Source: Cycas panzhihuaensis
Lineage: Eukaryota > Plantae > Cycadophyta
Assembly (NCBI GenBank): GCA_023213395.1
Contig: CM041465.1
Coordinates: 221,533,741-221,597,740 of the forward strand
DNA length: 64,000 nucleotides
Reading direction: 5' to 3'
The notes beneath the pieces were generated by a model. It ran no database searches and was not told the origin of the DNA. It was given only the letters and a program-made list of their open reading frames with translations. Shown one piece after another: positions 38,318-51,020 of this stretch. The position numbers and the translations under genes were made by a program. The first letter of the stretch is position 1, and each line of letters begins with the position of its first letter.

Positions 38318-38815
38318 TATGCAATTCATAAATGATGTTCTCCCCCATTGGACTATTAAGTATGCATAACCTTTTGCCTTTGAACAAATAAGCTTTCTGC
38401 AAAAAATCATCATAAAAACTTCTCCTTTGTGATCTAATGGATTCTCCAAATAATCCATTACCTTTCCAAAATCTTTGTCCTATACGTAGTTACCCTTAAC
38501 AGCTTAAAAACCTAGGACTCCATTTCATACTGTAGTGAGCAATGCATCCCTTCTTTTAAGAGAAATTGTTGCTTGGTTAGATTTTTCTGACTTATGTTTG
38601 ATTACAAATTTGTAACTTTGAAGGTATTCAACCCATTTTGTATGCTTGGCACTAAACTTAATCCATGAATTAATAAATTTTAGAGCATGATGATCAACAA
38701 ATAGGACAAACTCTTTAGGAAGTAAATAATGACTCCAAAACTTTAAGTCTTTCACTATTGCACAGAACTTTAGATCATAAGCAGAGTACTTCTTTTTTGC
38801 CTCATTCAAATTTTC
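38318..38815 (-). mobile_element. Duplicated CRM-like RNase H fragment
   Basis: Copy of 43663-44152; LNEAKKKYSAYDLKF...HYLLPKEFVLFVDHHALKFI. Confidence 0.9.
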
Positions 38816-41800
38816 GGACGGACGAGTTTTTTCCGAAGTCCTCAAAATTAGACGAAATTTGGCGAGGAGGAAGGTCTCATCTAGGATGTCATCTTTCTCA
38901 ACTGGCTCAACTTCATCAGAGGTCATCTTGAGGCCCTTTCAGCCAACTTTCTGCTAGCATAGGTTTGAAGGGATCTACAATTAAAATCATCAAAAATCTC
39001 AGTTCTTTTCAGGTGAAATCTATCACAATCTCTACGTTTTCATGTTCAAAAGATTTTAAGATCAATTTCAAAATTGTTTGAGGAGTATTTTGGATTTTTG
39101 GAGCCTTTTTCTCAAAAACCTTAGCATCCCCTCTCTGGCTTTCGGGTTGTTTTTCTGAAGATTCAATGATTGTCTTCAAAAACTAATTTCATATCTAGAA
39201 TCATCATTAAAAGAGCTTTTTTTTTAGGTACATTTCGTGCCATTCCATATAGTTAGGGTTTTGTACGAAAATCTATATAGCCGTATGGTCAACCTTAGTT
39301 AGTACAGATTTCTGCTATCAAAAATGGCTTCCCCTATCTTGGGTTTATCTGATCAAGATAAACTTACAGAAACAAATTATCACATTTGGAAAATAAAGGT
39401 AGAAATGCTTCTAAGGGCAAAAAATGCCTGGAAAATTGCCAATGGTTCTGAAGCCAAGCTTGTTGATACTAGTATATCTTTGGCGGATTGGATGGAAAGA
39501 GACAATGTAGGAGTAATTATTTTGAAGCCTTTTGTCTCTGATCCCCTTCTGGCATACGTAGAGAAATTAAACTCTGCCTCTGCTATCTGGAAATGTTTCG
39601 AAAATCTTTTTGGCCAAAAGAACAAAGCAAGAATAATTGCTCTCAAGGAAGATCTATATGAACTTCACACAAAGGAAAGTGACACAATAACTGAATTCAT
39701 GCACAAAGTTATTTCACTCAGAAATAACCTCTTGAGCGTAGGAGATATTGTCCCAGAGCAAGAATTGGTGCAAATGGTAGCAGGCAAGTTACCAAGATCC
39801 TTCGATGTAACCATCAACACCATAACAGACAACAATCAAATTGATACAATGTCTCTTGATGAATTAACTGGCTTATTATTAAGACAAGAACAAAGAAACA
39901 GGTGTTGTGAAGATTCTTCACAGTTGGAGGATGCTTTTGCATCCAGACTGAACTTGGGACCTTGGGGACGTGGCTAGACATGAGGAAGAGGATGCACTCT
40001 AGACGCTAGAAACCCTACTCATGGTTGATGGCAGGACAACATAGGACGTGGACATAACAAAGATTCTAGAATTTACTTTAGCTGTGGTAAGTTTGGACAT
40101 TTCTTCAGTGCTTGTAGAGCATTTGATATTTGTTACCACTGCGGGCAGCCAGGACATTATCCCTATCAGTGCCCACAAAGAAGAGCAGACATTCAGAGAG
40201 GGAAACGACCAATTGGCAGCTATAGCAAAGAACAAATTGAGGAGGAGGAAGAAGAAATAGCATTCATTGCTGCACTATCAATAGGACTAAAGGAAGGAGA
40301 CACATGGTACATTAATTCGGGGCTTTGTGACACATGACTAATCGTGAAGATTGGTTTGAAATTCTGAAACCCTATAGCATTGACAAATCAGTTGAGTTAG
40401 GAGACAAATACCCACTTGGCATAAAGGGGGTGGGTACCATTGCTGTTAACCCATAAGGGAATGTAAAGAAAATTGGGAATGTACTGTTAGTCCCTGGCTT
40501 AAAAATCAACCTTCTATTTATTTCACAACTTAGCAAAAAGGGGCTAAGGACTGTATTTGATGAGGAAGGTTATTGCCACATACTAGATATGAAAAATGAT
40601 GGGGAGACAATAGCTAAAGGTATAAGATGTAATGATCTATACAGACTTTTGTCAGATCCTGTAATTCCCAACTTGGGTATGAAAGCTTGTACTGCTGTAA
40701 ATTCTAATAATAAAATGTGGCATTTGAAGTATGGGCATCTTCCTATAGAAACATTGAAAGTGATGGAAAAATCTGGCATGGTAAATGGATTACCTCACAT
40801 CTCCTCTAATAGTTTTGTTTGCAAAGGCTTCCAATTTGGTAAACAACATCAACTTCCATTCAAAGAAAGTGAATGGCGAGCACAAACCAAGTTGGAGTTA
40901 ATTCATATGGATCTTTGTGGACCACTTACACCCTTTTCAATCAATGGTTGCAGATACTTTCTAACCTTTATTGATGACTTCACTCGAAAAGTATGGGTGT
41001 ATTTTCTCCATAATAAATCTAAAGTTTTTGAAGCCTTCAAGGAGTTTAAAGGAGAAGTAGAATTGGAATTAGAAACAAAAATAAAGTGCATTAGATTAGA
41101 CGGAGGTGGTGAATACATCTCAAAGGAGTTTTTAAACTACTGCAAGTTGAATGGGATACGTAGACAATTTACAACTCCTTATACACCTTAATCCAATAGA
41201 GTTGTTGAAAGAAAAAATAGAACTATAATGGAAATGGATCGCAACATGGCCGACGAAAAGCAAATTCCCAAATCATACTGGGCAGAAGCTGTTAGCACCG
41301 CTTGCTATCTAATAAACCGAAGCCCAACAAAAACATTGGAAAACATCACACTTGAAGAAGCTTGGACAGGTAAGAAACCTAATGTTAGTTCTCTTAAAAT
41401 ATTTGGTAGCCATGCCTTTGTTCATATACTGGACAAAAGGAGATCAAAACTTGATGCAAAAGGCATAGAATGTATCATGATAGGATACAACAAAAACTCA
41501 AAAGCTTATAAATGCATAGATCCAAAAACAAATAAAATCTATGTAAGCAGGGATGTTGTCTTTAATGAAGAAGACAATTTAGGTGATTAGTCTTAGATGA
41601 AAATAATTGAAGAAGGAGCAAAGGATTCAGGTCACAAAGTCATCACAAAAGGGACTTCAGAAATCACCACAGAAGAGATTCCTTTCACAGAATCTTCCCC
41701 AACTCATACAGAATCAACAGGAGGAGAAAGCTTATCCATAGAGTAATCAACAGAAGAATCAAGGACCATAGAAGAATCAAAGAAAGAAAAGAAATTGTCC

Positions 41801-43662
41801 AAATGGTTCATTAAAATAGTTGAAGAAGGAAGAGGAGACATGCTTGAACACAAAACTAGAAGCAAGAAGCCAAAGGCTTTGCTCAGTAGAGTTGAACCAT
41901 AATCCTTTCAAGAAGCCAAAGATCAATTAAAATGGAGAGCAGCCATGGACTCTGAAATGGACTCAATTATAAAAAATCAAACATGGGAATTGGTGGAACT
42001 GCCTCCCAACAAACCAGTGGTCAATTGCAAATGGGTCTACAAAATCAAGGAAGGAGCTAGTGGAAAGGTGGAAAAACACAAAGCTCGTCTTGTTGCAAAG
42101 GGATATACTCAAACAACAGGAGATGATTTTGAAGAGACCTTTTCTCCTATAGCCAAGCTAGATATGATAAGAACTGTGATTGCACTAGCAACTTTACATA
42201 ACTAGAAAATTTTTTAGTTAGATGTAAAAAGTGCCTTCTTGAATGGAGAATTGGAAAAAGAAGTTTGCATGGCACAGCCTAAAGGATACATCAAAGAAGG
42301 ACATGAACATTTAGTATGTAAATTGAAAAAAGCTCTGTATGGAGTGAAACAAGCTCCTCGAGTTTGATATGCTAAATTGGACCAACATTTGTGTTAAAAT
42401 GGGTTTCAATGTTGTAATTTTGATTCCAGTCTATACACAAGGAAAAGGAATGGGTTGATTACAATAATTGTTGTTTATATAAATGACATGATTCTTATAG
42501 GAAATGATGAAGAATCTGTCATAAACATAAAGAAGCAACTTGAAAAGAAGTTTGAAATGACAAATTTGGGCTTCCTTAACTATTATCTGGGGCTGGAAGT
42601 AGATCAACAACATAATCACATTGCTTTATCTCAAAGTAAATATATAAAAGATCTAATGATCAAATTCTGGATGGTGGATTGTAATTCTTGTGCAACACCC
42701 ATGGAGATAAATTGCAACATGGCTGCAGACAAAGAAGAACAATCAGTTGACACCACTATGTACAGACAACTAATCAGATGTTTGATATATCTTATAGCTA
42801 CCGGGCTAGATATATCATACTCAATAGGACTGGTCTTCAGGTACATGCAAGAACCCAAAGTGAGGCACTGGAAAGTAGCAAGAAGAATATTAAGATACCT
42901 ACAGGGAACAATAGATCTAAAATTGATCTATCCCAGAGAAAGACTAGTAGAATTGACAGGATATTGTGACTCAGACTAGGCAGGAGATGAGGAACAAAGG
43001 AAATCCACAAGTGGATATTGTTTTTCTTAGGATTTGTTGCAATCTTTTGGTGTAGCAAAAAACAACCCACAGTCACACTCTCATCAACTAAAGCTGAATA
43101 CAAGATAGCTGTAACTGCAACATGTGAAGCAGTTTGGTTGAGACAACTTCTGGCTGAGTTAGAACAACAATAGAATCAAGTAACAATTCTGTATTGTGAC
43201 AATCAAAGTGCTATCAAGCTGACCAAGAATCTAATTCTTAATGCGAGAACAAAGCATATAGAAGTGCACCATCACTTTATAAGGGAAAATGTTCACAATA
43301 AAGAAATTGAATTGGAGTATTGTCCCACTGCATAGCAAATAGCATATTTACTGACAAAACCCCTTGGAAAAGAAAAGTTTCAAATTTTGAGAAATAGAAT
43401 AGGATTGAAAGAGATAAAACATTAAGAGAGGGTGTTAGAATAAAATGTTTTATCTAAAGAATGTGAAGGGTAATGTTATAAACCCCTCTTATGTAACCTA
43501 CACTAGATAAAGTGACATGTGTCACTTTAGGAGAAGTTGGGTTACAAGTCAAGTTGCAACGGTTACAAGAATTGAGGTATATTTAAGGAGACTATGTCTC
43601 CAAAGGAACACAAGTCACTTCTAGTTCCTCTTTCAATTCAGTTGTTTTCTGTAAAATTAACA
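38816..43662 (+). mobile_element. Copia C2: duplicate of C1 lacking the 5' LTR and PBS; 3' LTR 43433-43662
   Basis: Colinear with ~33519-38317; gag ORF 39324-39977; same right flank TATGCAATTC. Confidence 0.95.
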
Positions 43663-46600
43663 TATGCAATTCATAAATGATGTTCTTCCCCATTGGACTA
43701 TTAAGTGTGCATAACCTTTTGCCTTTGAACAGATAAGATTTCTGCAAAAAATCATCATAAAAAACTTCCCCAATGGATTCTCCAAATAATCCATTCCCTT
43801 TCCAAAATCTTTGTCCTATATGTAGCTACCCTTAATAGCTTCAAAACCTAGGACTCCATTTGGCACTGTAGTGAGCAATGCATCCCTTCTACTAAGAGAA
43901 ATTGCTGCTTGGTTAGATTTTCTTAACTTATGTTTGATTACAAATTTATAACTTTGAAGATATTCAACCCATTTTGTGTGCTTGGCACTAAACTTAATCT
44001 ATGAATTAATAAATTTTAGAGCATGATGATCAATAAATAGGACAAACTCTTTAGGAAGTAAATGATGACTCCAAAACTTTAAGTCTTGCAGTATTGCATA
44101 GAACTATAGATCATAAGCAAAGTACTTCATTTTTGCCTCGTTCAAATTTTCGTTGAAAAATGCAATTGGTCTGCCCTCTTAACTAAGCACAACACCAATG
44201 CCCACCTTTGAGGCGTCACACTCCATTTCAAAAGCCGTACTAAAATTAGGTAAGGCCTTGTTGCTTCAGCAACCCTTCTTTTCAATAGTTCAAAGCTCTT
44301 CTGAGTCGTACTCATCCATTAGAACACACTATCCTTGAGACAATCCGTGATTTGAATTGCAACCCCACTGAATCTTTTGATAAATTTTTGATAGAAACTT
44401 GCTATTCCATAAAAGCTCCTAATTGCTACGATGCTAATTGGAATTGGCCATTTAATGATCACTCTTACCTTTTTTGGATCTATTGACAGTCCCTCTTGTG
44501 AGATGACAAATTGTGAATATACTAGATGGGTCTCCATGAAGTTGCTCTTCTTAAGGTTCGTGTGTATCTTCTCCCTATGAAGCAAGTCAAATACTATCTA
44601 CAAGTGTTCCAAATGTTCTACCCTAGCTTTGCTAAATATCAATGTCATCAAGTGTACAATCACAAACTTACCCAGGTATGGTTTCAACACCACATTCTTC
44701 AATTGCATGAAGGTACTTAGGTCTTTTGAATGTCCAAACGACATGATTGTCCATTTGTACAAACTATCTCTAGTCTTGAATGTAGTCTTCCATTCATCTC
44801 TTTCCCAGATAGAGATCTAGTGATATCCACCATGAAGATCAATCTTTGAAAAATACTTTGTTCCTATGAGCATGTCCATCATGTTATCCATTATTGGTAA
44901 AGGAAATTGGTACTTTATTGTGATCTTGTTGATGGCTATTGAGTCAACGCATATCCTTCAAGTTCCATACTTCTCAGGGGTGAGAAGCACAGGTGTAGCA
45001 CAAGGGCTTAGGCTCTCCCTTACTAAATCCTTCTCCAACACTTGTTGTACCTACTTGTTGACTTTTTCATTCTCTTGAGGGCTCATTCTATGTGCTTCTT
45101 GATTAGGCAGTCCTGATCTAGGGATCAAATCAATGTGATGAGTGACCTCTTATTGGTGGCAATCTTTCTAGCAATTCCTCTGACATAATGTCTTTGTAAT
45201 TTCCTAAGAGTTTCTCCACTTCTTCAAGCATGCATTCACACAGTCTTTCCTCAACCTTTCTCGAGACAATTACAACATGTACCAATCATTAGGACTTCTT
45301 TCACAAATTTGTTGCCCGAAAAGGTCACTACTTCATGCTCTTCACCTCTTGTTGGTGTCAACCCAAACCTCCTTCATTCCTTGGATCTGGTGTGTGAGTT
45401 CCTTCTGCCATCATGGATGGCTCTCCAATCAAATTTCCATGGCCTTCCAAAAAGCACATGGCATGCATCCATGGGAACTACATTGCACCACATCTTATCT
45501 TTGTAACCTCCAATCCGTAAGGCTATTAAACATTTATCCTTAACCATGATCTTAGCTCCTTTCTTGAACGATGACATTTTATAAAGAATCTCATACTTCT
45601 TACAATCGAAGCTTTAACTCTTGCGCTACATCTAAAGATACCACATTCTCATAGCTTCCTCCACCAATAATTACTTTGTAAAACTTACCTCCCAACTCAT
45701 ATTGAGTCTCGAAGGTTCGCTCTCTCCTTCAATTTGTCTTCATCAACTTGTTCTGTCTTGTCTGAGTTGCTTGCTCCTAACAACATCCGATTGACTGAGC
45801 ATTCTTCTGAACATACAAAAGTGGAAGTCACTAAAGTTTCTACCTTTGCTCCTTCTTGCAACAAGTTTGACCTGGCCTCTTCGCTTTTTGCTCAGTCCTC
45901 ATTTCTTAAGGAACACTCATATGCCATATGACCACTTTGTCCATGACTATAACATCTTAGGCTCTTTTGGGTGCAAAATATTTGTTGCCAAATCCTTGAC
46001 CTCTCAATGGAATATAATTGGCTTGGCTCCTGCCTCTGGGAGTAGCATATTTGCCTCTTCCTCTAGGTGATACATATGTCCTAGAATCTTCAATCCTCTC
46101 AATTTTAGGATTACCCTCATGATTTGTAGGTCTAAATCCTCCACATCCTCTCTACAATGGTGTTGTTCCTCTACTCACTGCTAACTTCTTCTGGCTAACA
46201 TCTTTTCAACCCTTAAAGCCAATTGATAGGCTTCATCAATAGTTCTCACCCTATGCAAGGTTAGTTCATCCCAAATGGCATAATTTATGCCATTCACAAA
46301 TCTAGCTATCTTTTGCTCTTCATTCTCGTTATGTCAGTTCTAATGGACTACTTATAAAACTCCTCTGTATACTCTAGCACACTCTTCTTTCTTTGCCTCA
46401 AGTTCTGAAAGTGCTTGAACAAATCCTAATTATAACCCACAAGTAAAAATTCCCCCTTAATCTTAACTACAATATCTTTCTACATGGTAACCTTCGACTA
46501 CCCATTCCCTTCTTTATCCTTCTACAAATGTTCCCACCGTAGAGCTACATGTCCTTTTAGGCATGTTGTTGCAAGCTTCATTCATGTGGGATCTTCCATC

Positions 46601-48520
46601 TCTTCTGAGTCGAAGTACTTTTATCTTAGCTACCATATCTTTCCACCTGGTAACCTTCGACTACCCATTCCCTTCTCTATCCTTTTGCAAATGTTTTCAC
46701 CATAGAGTTGCATGTCCTTTTAGGTGTGTTGTTGCAAACTTCATTGATGTCGGATCTTCCATCTCCTCCTAATGGAAGTACTTTTCGATGGCAATGATCT
46801 AATCCAACAACTCCTCAGTGTAGGTTTCCTCCAAAGTCTGGAACCTCAATTTTTACTGAACTTTTCTCTTAACTCAAGATCTTAATCACCAATTTATCGA
46901 TATTAGTTGGTTGTTGTTCTTGTTCTTCATCTCTAGTTTCCTTTTGTTTTGATTCCATGTCTTTTGTCGACTCTGGTCTACTCTCTTCCTCTCCTCCTTT
47001 TTTCATTGAAGATTCAAAATCTTTGTAAAATATCACCCTTGGTCCTATTGTACTTCTTCTCAACATTCTGTGAAGTTTATTTTCAAATTTGGAATCAACT
47101 ACAAATGGTGAAGACAGTTTCCTTTGGTTTCTTGACTTTGCGATGCTTCAACTCTTTGGCAACTTTTGCTTTGATACCAAACTTATGCAATGGCTCTCCA
47201 AATGACTCATTACCTTTCAAAGACAAAGGGGTGTGACAACCCTGACACAATAAAATAGACAAACAAAATGCTAACTCACAACACAGATCACCGCTACCAG
47301 GATATTTACAAATGAATTTTCATATTACAATTAAAATGTCATATTACATGGAGAATGCCAAAAGGCATGAAAATTACAATGTGCAGAAGAATAGAGTTCT
47401 TTTGTCTCTCTCTATTCTCTATTGAACTACTACCTAATGAGTCGAAAACCCATAAGCCAAAAAGCCCTTCTAAGTGCCAAGGAGCCAAAGAGCCTCTTTT
47501 GATTCCTACCTGAGTCCCATATATTCTCACTTTTATGCTCTTTTCCTTTTGCTTGTCATCAACCGCAATTCCAAGGTTTTACTGCAGATTTGATCTTGCT
47601 CCAACCACCTTTGTAAAGTGTTTTTTGGGATGTCGTTGGGATTTGCCATATTCCACTCATAATTCTTTAATGCACACCAAGTACATGAAGATCCCTATCT
47701 TAAAATGTCACTCGCACAGGATCACCATGCATAACATGTTGGCGCTATTTGTGTGTTTCACACAAACAATGGATTGTGATTATTTGGCATGCCATTTGAT
47801 TGATAGGTTCCTTCCCATACAACTATTGCTTTTTTTGCATTTCTGCAATTTTGTGAACCGGCCACATGTTGCGTTGTGATTTACTTTGCACTTTATCTGC
47901 TTGCAACTAACATCAATTGCCTCTCTTAAACCCACACTTCGCCATGACTGCTCCTAGTGCGAAGTCCATAGATCTTTGTCACATGTCCCTTGATCTAACG
48001 GCAGTAGTTTAACTCACATCTTCACCTTCTTGCAATAACTCACTTGCCACACCTGAATGAGTGAAACATTTTTTTTGCGAAGTTCACCCAATGATGTCAT
48101 GGGTCATCCATTTGATGGTGGTGGTTTAATCGCAATTTCACTTCCTTGCAAAAGTTCCAAACTTTATCTCCTCTCCAAGCAATCATTCCACTTGCGTGTT
48201 GTTTCGAATACAGCTATGTGTTTTCGAAATTGACAGCCACAATTTATTTGTGATTTGCCACCTTGAGGATTTGCAGATCGTAGTGATTAATCTCCCCATT
48301 ACACTTACGCAAAGGTACTTCTCGTGAAGTGTAACTTGTGAAGCCTGCACACTTGCACACCTGCACTTCGTGAATACTGAACTTTACAAACTCTATTTTC
48401 TTGTGAAATCTTCATCTGCAAAGCATGCTGAGACTGCTTCTTCATGTGGACTGTTTTGCGAACAAGATCTCCTAAGTCTAACAGCCGAAAATACATACGT
48501 ACAGTGATACCCTTGCATCA
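43663..48520 (-). mobile_element. Degenerate CRM-like Ty3/Gypsy: 5' LTR 47183-48520, PBS, gag, PR, RT, RH; integrase and 3' LTR missing
   Basis: LTR termini T(T)ATGCAA...TTGCATCA; PBS reverse complement GCTTTGATACCA 47168-47179; WCNVVPMDACHVLFGRPW; DPKKV...WPIP...IRSFYGIASFY. Confidence 0.88.
46459..46784. repeat. 163-bp tandem duplication within the CRM-like gag
   Basis: TGGTAACCTTCGACTACCCATTCCCTTCT occurs at 46485 and 46648. Confidence 0.9.
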
Positions 48521-49779
48521 CTGCTCCACTCCATCAATGATCAACAATTCTCAGTAACTAGCTCTATGGTATTGAAGAGCTGTAATACAGTCAATGTGAA
48601 GCTCTGCAAGCTGTCATGACCTGAAAAAGTGTAGTGATTGGTGCAGATCTGAGTATTTTCCCGTCTGTGAGTTGCTTCGTATCTTGTCTCAAAGTTGAAC
48701 GAGTCAATGACATGGACACACAAAGGTTGATGGAAGTGTGCCTGCAAGCTCAGGAGGCTGATGCTCACATCTTAGCCATCGGGTTATTCATTTTCTTGCT
48801 TTGGTCAGCAGGCCACCCTTGGGTTCTTGCCGCCTTGTATCCCATCAATGTTAATGGCTTGGCTGGGCAGGGGTCTTTGCCAACTATTCGATCGTCATGG
48901 CTGTTTTTTTAATGGTGTATGGCTATGTATATGTTCCAAGCCAAAGTAATCAATGAGTTGGCTGGATATTTCTTCCTAGGTGGTTGTTCTGATGGTGTAT
49001 ACTCATTGCCTGAGTTCACTGTTTTGGTGAGTTGCTGTAGCCTTCATGCTCTTGTTGCTGAAACTTAATCTTTTCAATCACTGGAACCCAAATTCTGTGT
49101 GTATTTTCAGCCAATACTGCATATTCTGTGAACTTTATTGGAACCATAAATAAGTTTTCTCTTGCCAATCATGCATCTGGCTCAATGTTTCTTTTTCTGC
49201 AGAGAAAAACATGTGTTCTCTGGACTACAATTTGGGATGTCACCTGCCCGTAGATCCAATCCAAATTTGAAGGAGCGATTTTCCTTTTTTTTGAATTTAT
49301 TAACTATGGATGGAGTTTTCTGGTTTTCAGGCTGTTGCATGGATCTTACACCTCATCTGTAAATTTTGAGCAATCATCTTCCGTCATTCCCCATATCGTC
49401 CTCCTATCTTCAACAATTAGGGTCATATTTTTCTTTTTTACCATTGAGGTTCTTTACTTGTATGCTTAAGAATTAAAAGGCAGAAAGTTTTCATGCATCA
49501 GTGTTTACAGTTTCAGATTGTGTGAAGTACATGGCCTTTGCTTTAATTCAATTCCCTGCTGCTGTTTTAATAATGGGGATTTCAGGGATATTTCCTCTTA
49601 TTCCCATTGCTGAAGTGTCAAAAATTTTCTGTATTTGATTTCTTGTACACAACTCTGCCATAAAGATCGTACCTTAACCCTAAAATCAAATGGTGTTTTC
49701 TAAAGTTGATTTGTGTACTACTCATGCCTTGATTTTAAGCCTGTAAACATTCGAAATGAATGATATTTATATGTACCAG

Positions 49780-50007
49780 GCAAGGAAAGCTCTCCGAGCT
49801 TTGAAAGGCTTGGTGAGACTTCAGGCTCTTGTCCGAGGCCAGGCAGTAAGGAAGCAAGCGGCTATTACTTTGCGCTGTATGCAAGCTTTAGTGAGAGTCC
49901 AGGCTCGGGTTCGGGCCCGCCGGGCATGCATAGCAATGGAAAATCAGAGTATGCCACAAAGGCTTGAACATCAGCTTGGACCTGAAGCTCGTGTTCATGA
50001 ATCTGAG
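49780..50007 (+). CDS. IQD: IQ67-domain protein exon (IQ67 core)
   Basis: CAG|GCA...GAG|GTATG; [48 protein letters not shown]. Confidence 0.96.
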
Positions 50008-50282
50008 GTATGTCTATTTAGACCTATTACTGTTTAAAAGAAAATATAAAGGAAACATTTTCTTTTTTTTTTTACCTTTCTTTTGCTCCTTTTCTGAATG
50101 CTATTTTGAATTGTGGAGTGTTTCAGAACATCTCATGTGATGTGAAATGTATATATGCAATACTGTCAGTATGGAATGTAAAGAAACGTTTTGAACAGCT
50201 TAGTCATCCTAAGTTGTGGCCAAATATTGAAATGTGTTGATTTTGAAAGTTGATCTTTTTCCTACTGGATTTTGCAATGCAG

Positions 50283-50396
50283 ACAGGTTGGTGTAACAAG
50301 TTAGGCTCAGTGGAAGAAATTCAGATGAAATTGCAGCAGAGGCAAGAGGCTGCTGTTAAGCGTGAAAGGGCCATGTCATATGCTTTCTCTCATCAA
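50283..50396 (+). CDS. IQD: IQ67-domain protein exon (not in the ORF track)
   Basis: CAG|ACA...CAA|GTATG; TGWCNKLGSVEEIQMKLQQRQEAAVKRERAMSYAFSHQ, a conserved IQD motif. Confidence 0.95.
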
Positions 50397-50489
50397 GTAT
50401 GCTTTCAAATACAAGTCTTGTAGCAATATATATATTGGAACTTGTGTTTTGCTTTTAATTTATTAGTGGATATATCTTGGTTACTGCAG

Positions 50490-51020
50490 TGGCGAGCAAG
50501 TTCAAAAGCCAGCCCTGAAGCACATGTAGGAAATGAACGGGATAAAACTAACTGGGGTTGGAACTGGCTAGAACGATGGATGGCAACACACCCATGGGAG
50601 AATGAAGTCCTTGATGATCAAGGCAGGAAGGATGGCAGGGAGAGCATCTGTTCAAATAGTGTTGATCAGTCTTTGGACACATCTTCCAAACATTCCAAGA
50701 CCGGGTGTCACTCCTTTAGTAATTTGAAGGAGCATCCAAATACAGTTGACCCTCAACCTAAGAAGAGGCTATCTCTACCAAAGTCTGAAAAAATTGCGAC
50801 GCATAAGGATGGTCATAAACCACAGCCAAAGATTAACAGGGGAGTGGAAGGAAAAATGTTGTCCTCCTCTAAAAAAACAAAGAGACAAAATGCAGAAAGT
50901 GGGCAGACACAATCAGTCTCTCAAAATGGCACAAGTGTAGAACCAACCGTGATTACAGATAATGGAGACAATAGGCAACCTTCTTACGTGACTGAATCCT
51001 CTTATCCGGTCTCCAAATGA
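50490..51020 (+). CDS. IQD: IQ67-domain protein terminal coding exon
   Basis: CAG|TGG; DKTNWGWNWLERWMATHPWEN and KRLSLP motifs; TGA stop. Confidence 0.92.
   Translation, partial: WRASSKASPEAHVGNERDKTNWGWNWLERWMATHPWENEVLDDQGRKDGRESICSNSVDQSLDTSSKHSKTGCHSFSNLKEHPNTVDPQPKKRLSLPKSEKIATHKDGHKPQPKINRGVEGKMLSSSKKTKRQNAESGQTQSVSQNGTSVEPTVITDNGDNRQPSYVTESSYPVSK

Noticed and set aside
38525-38926. 133-aa ORF as a novel fusion gene
   Set aside because: Chance read-through of the antisense Copia leader into CRM-like RNase H across the duplication junction.
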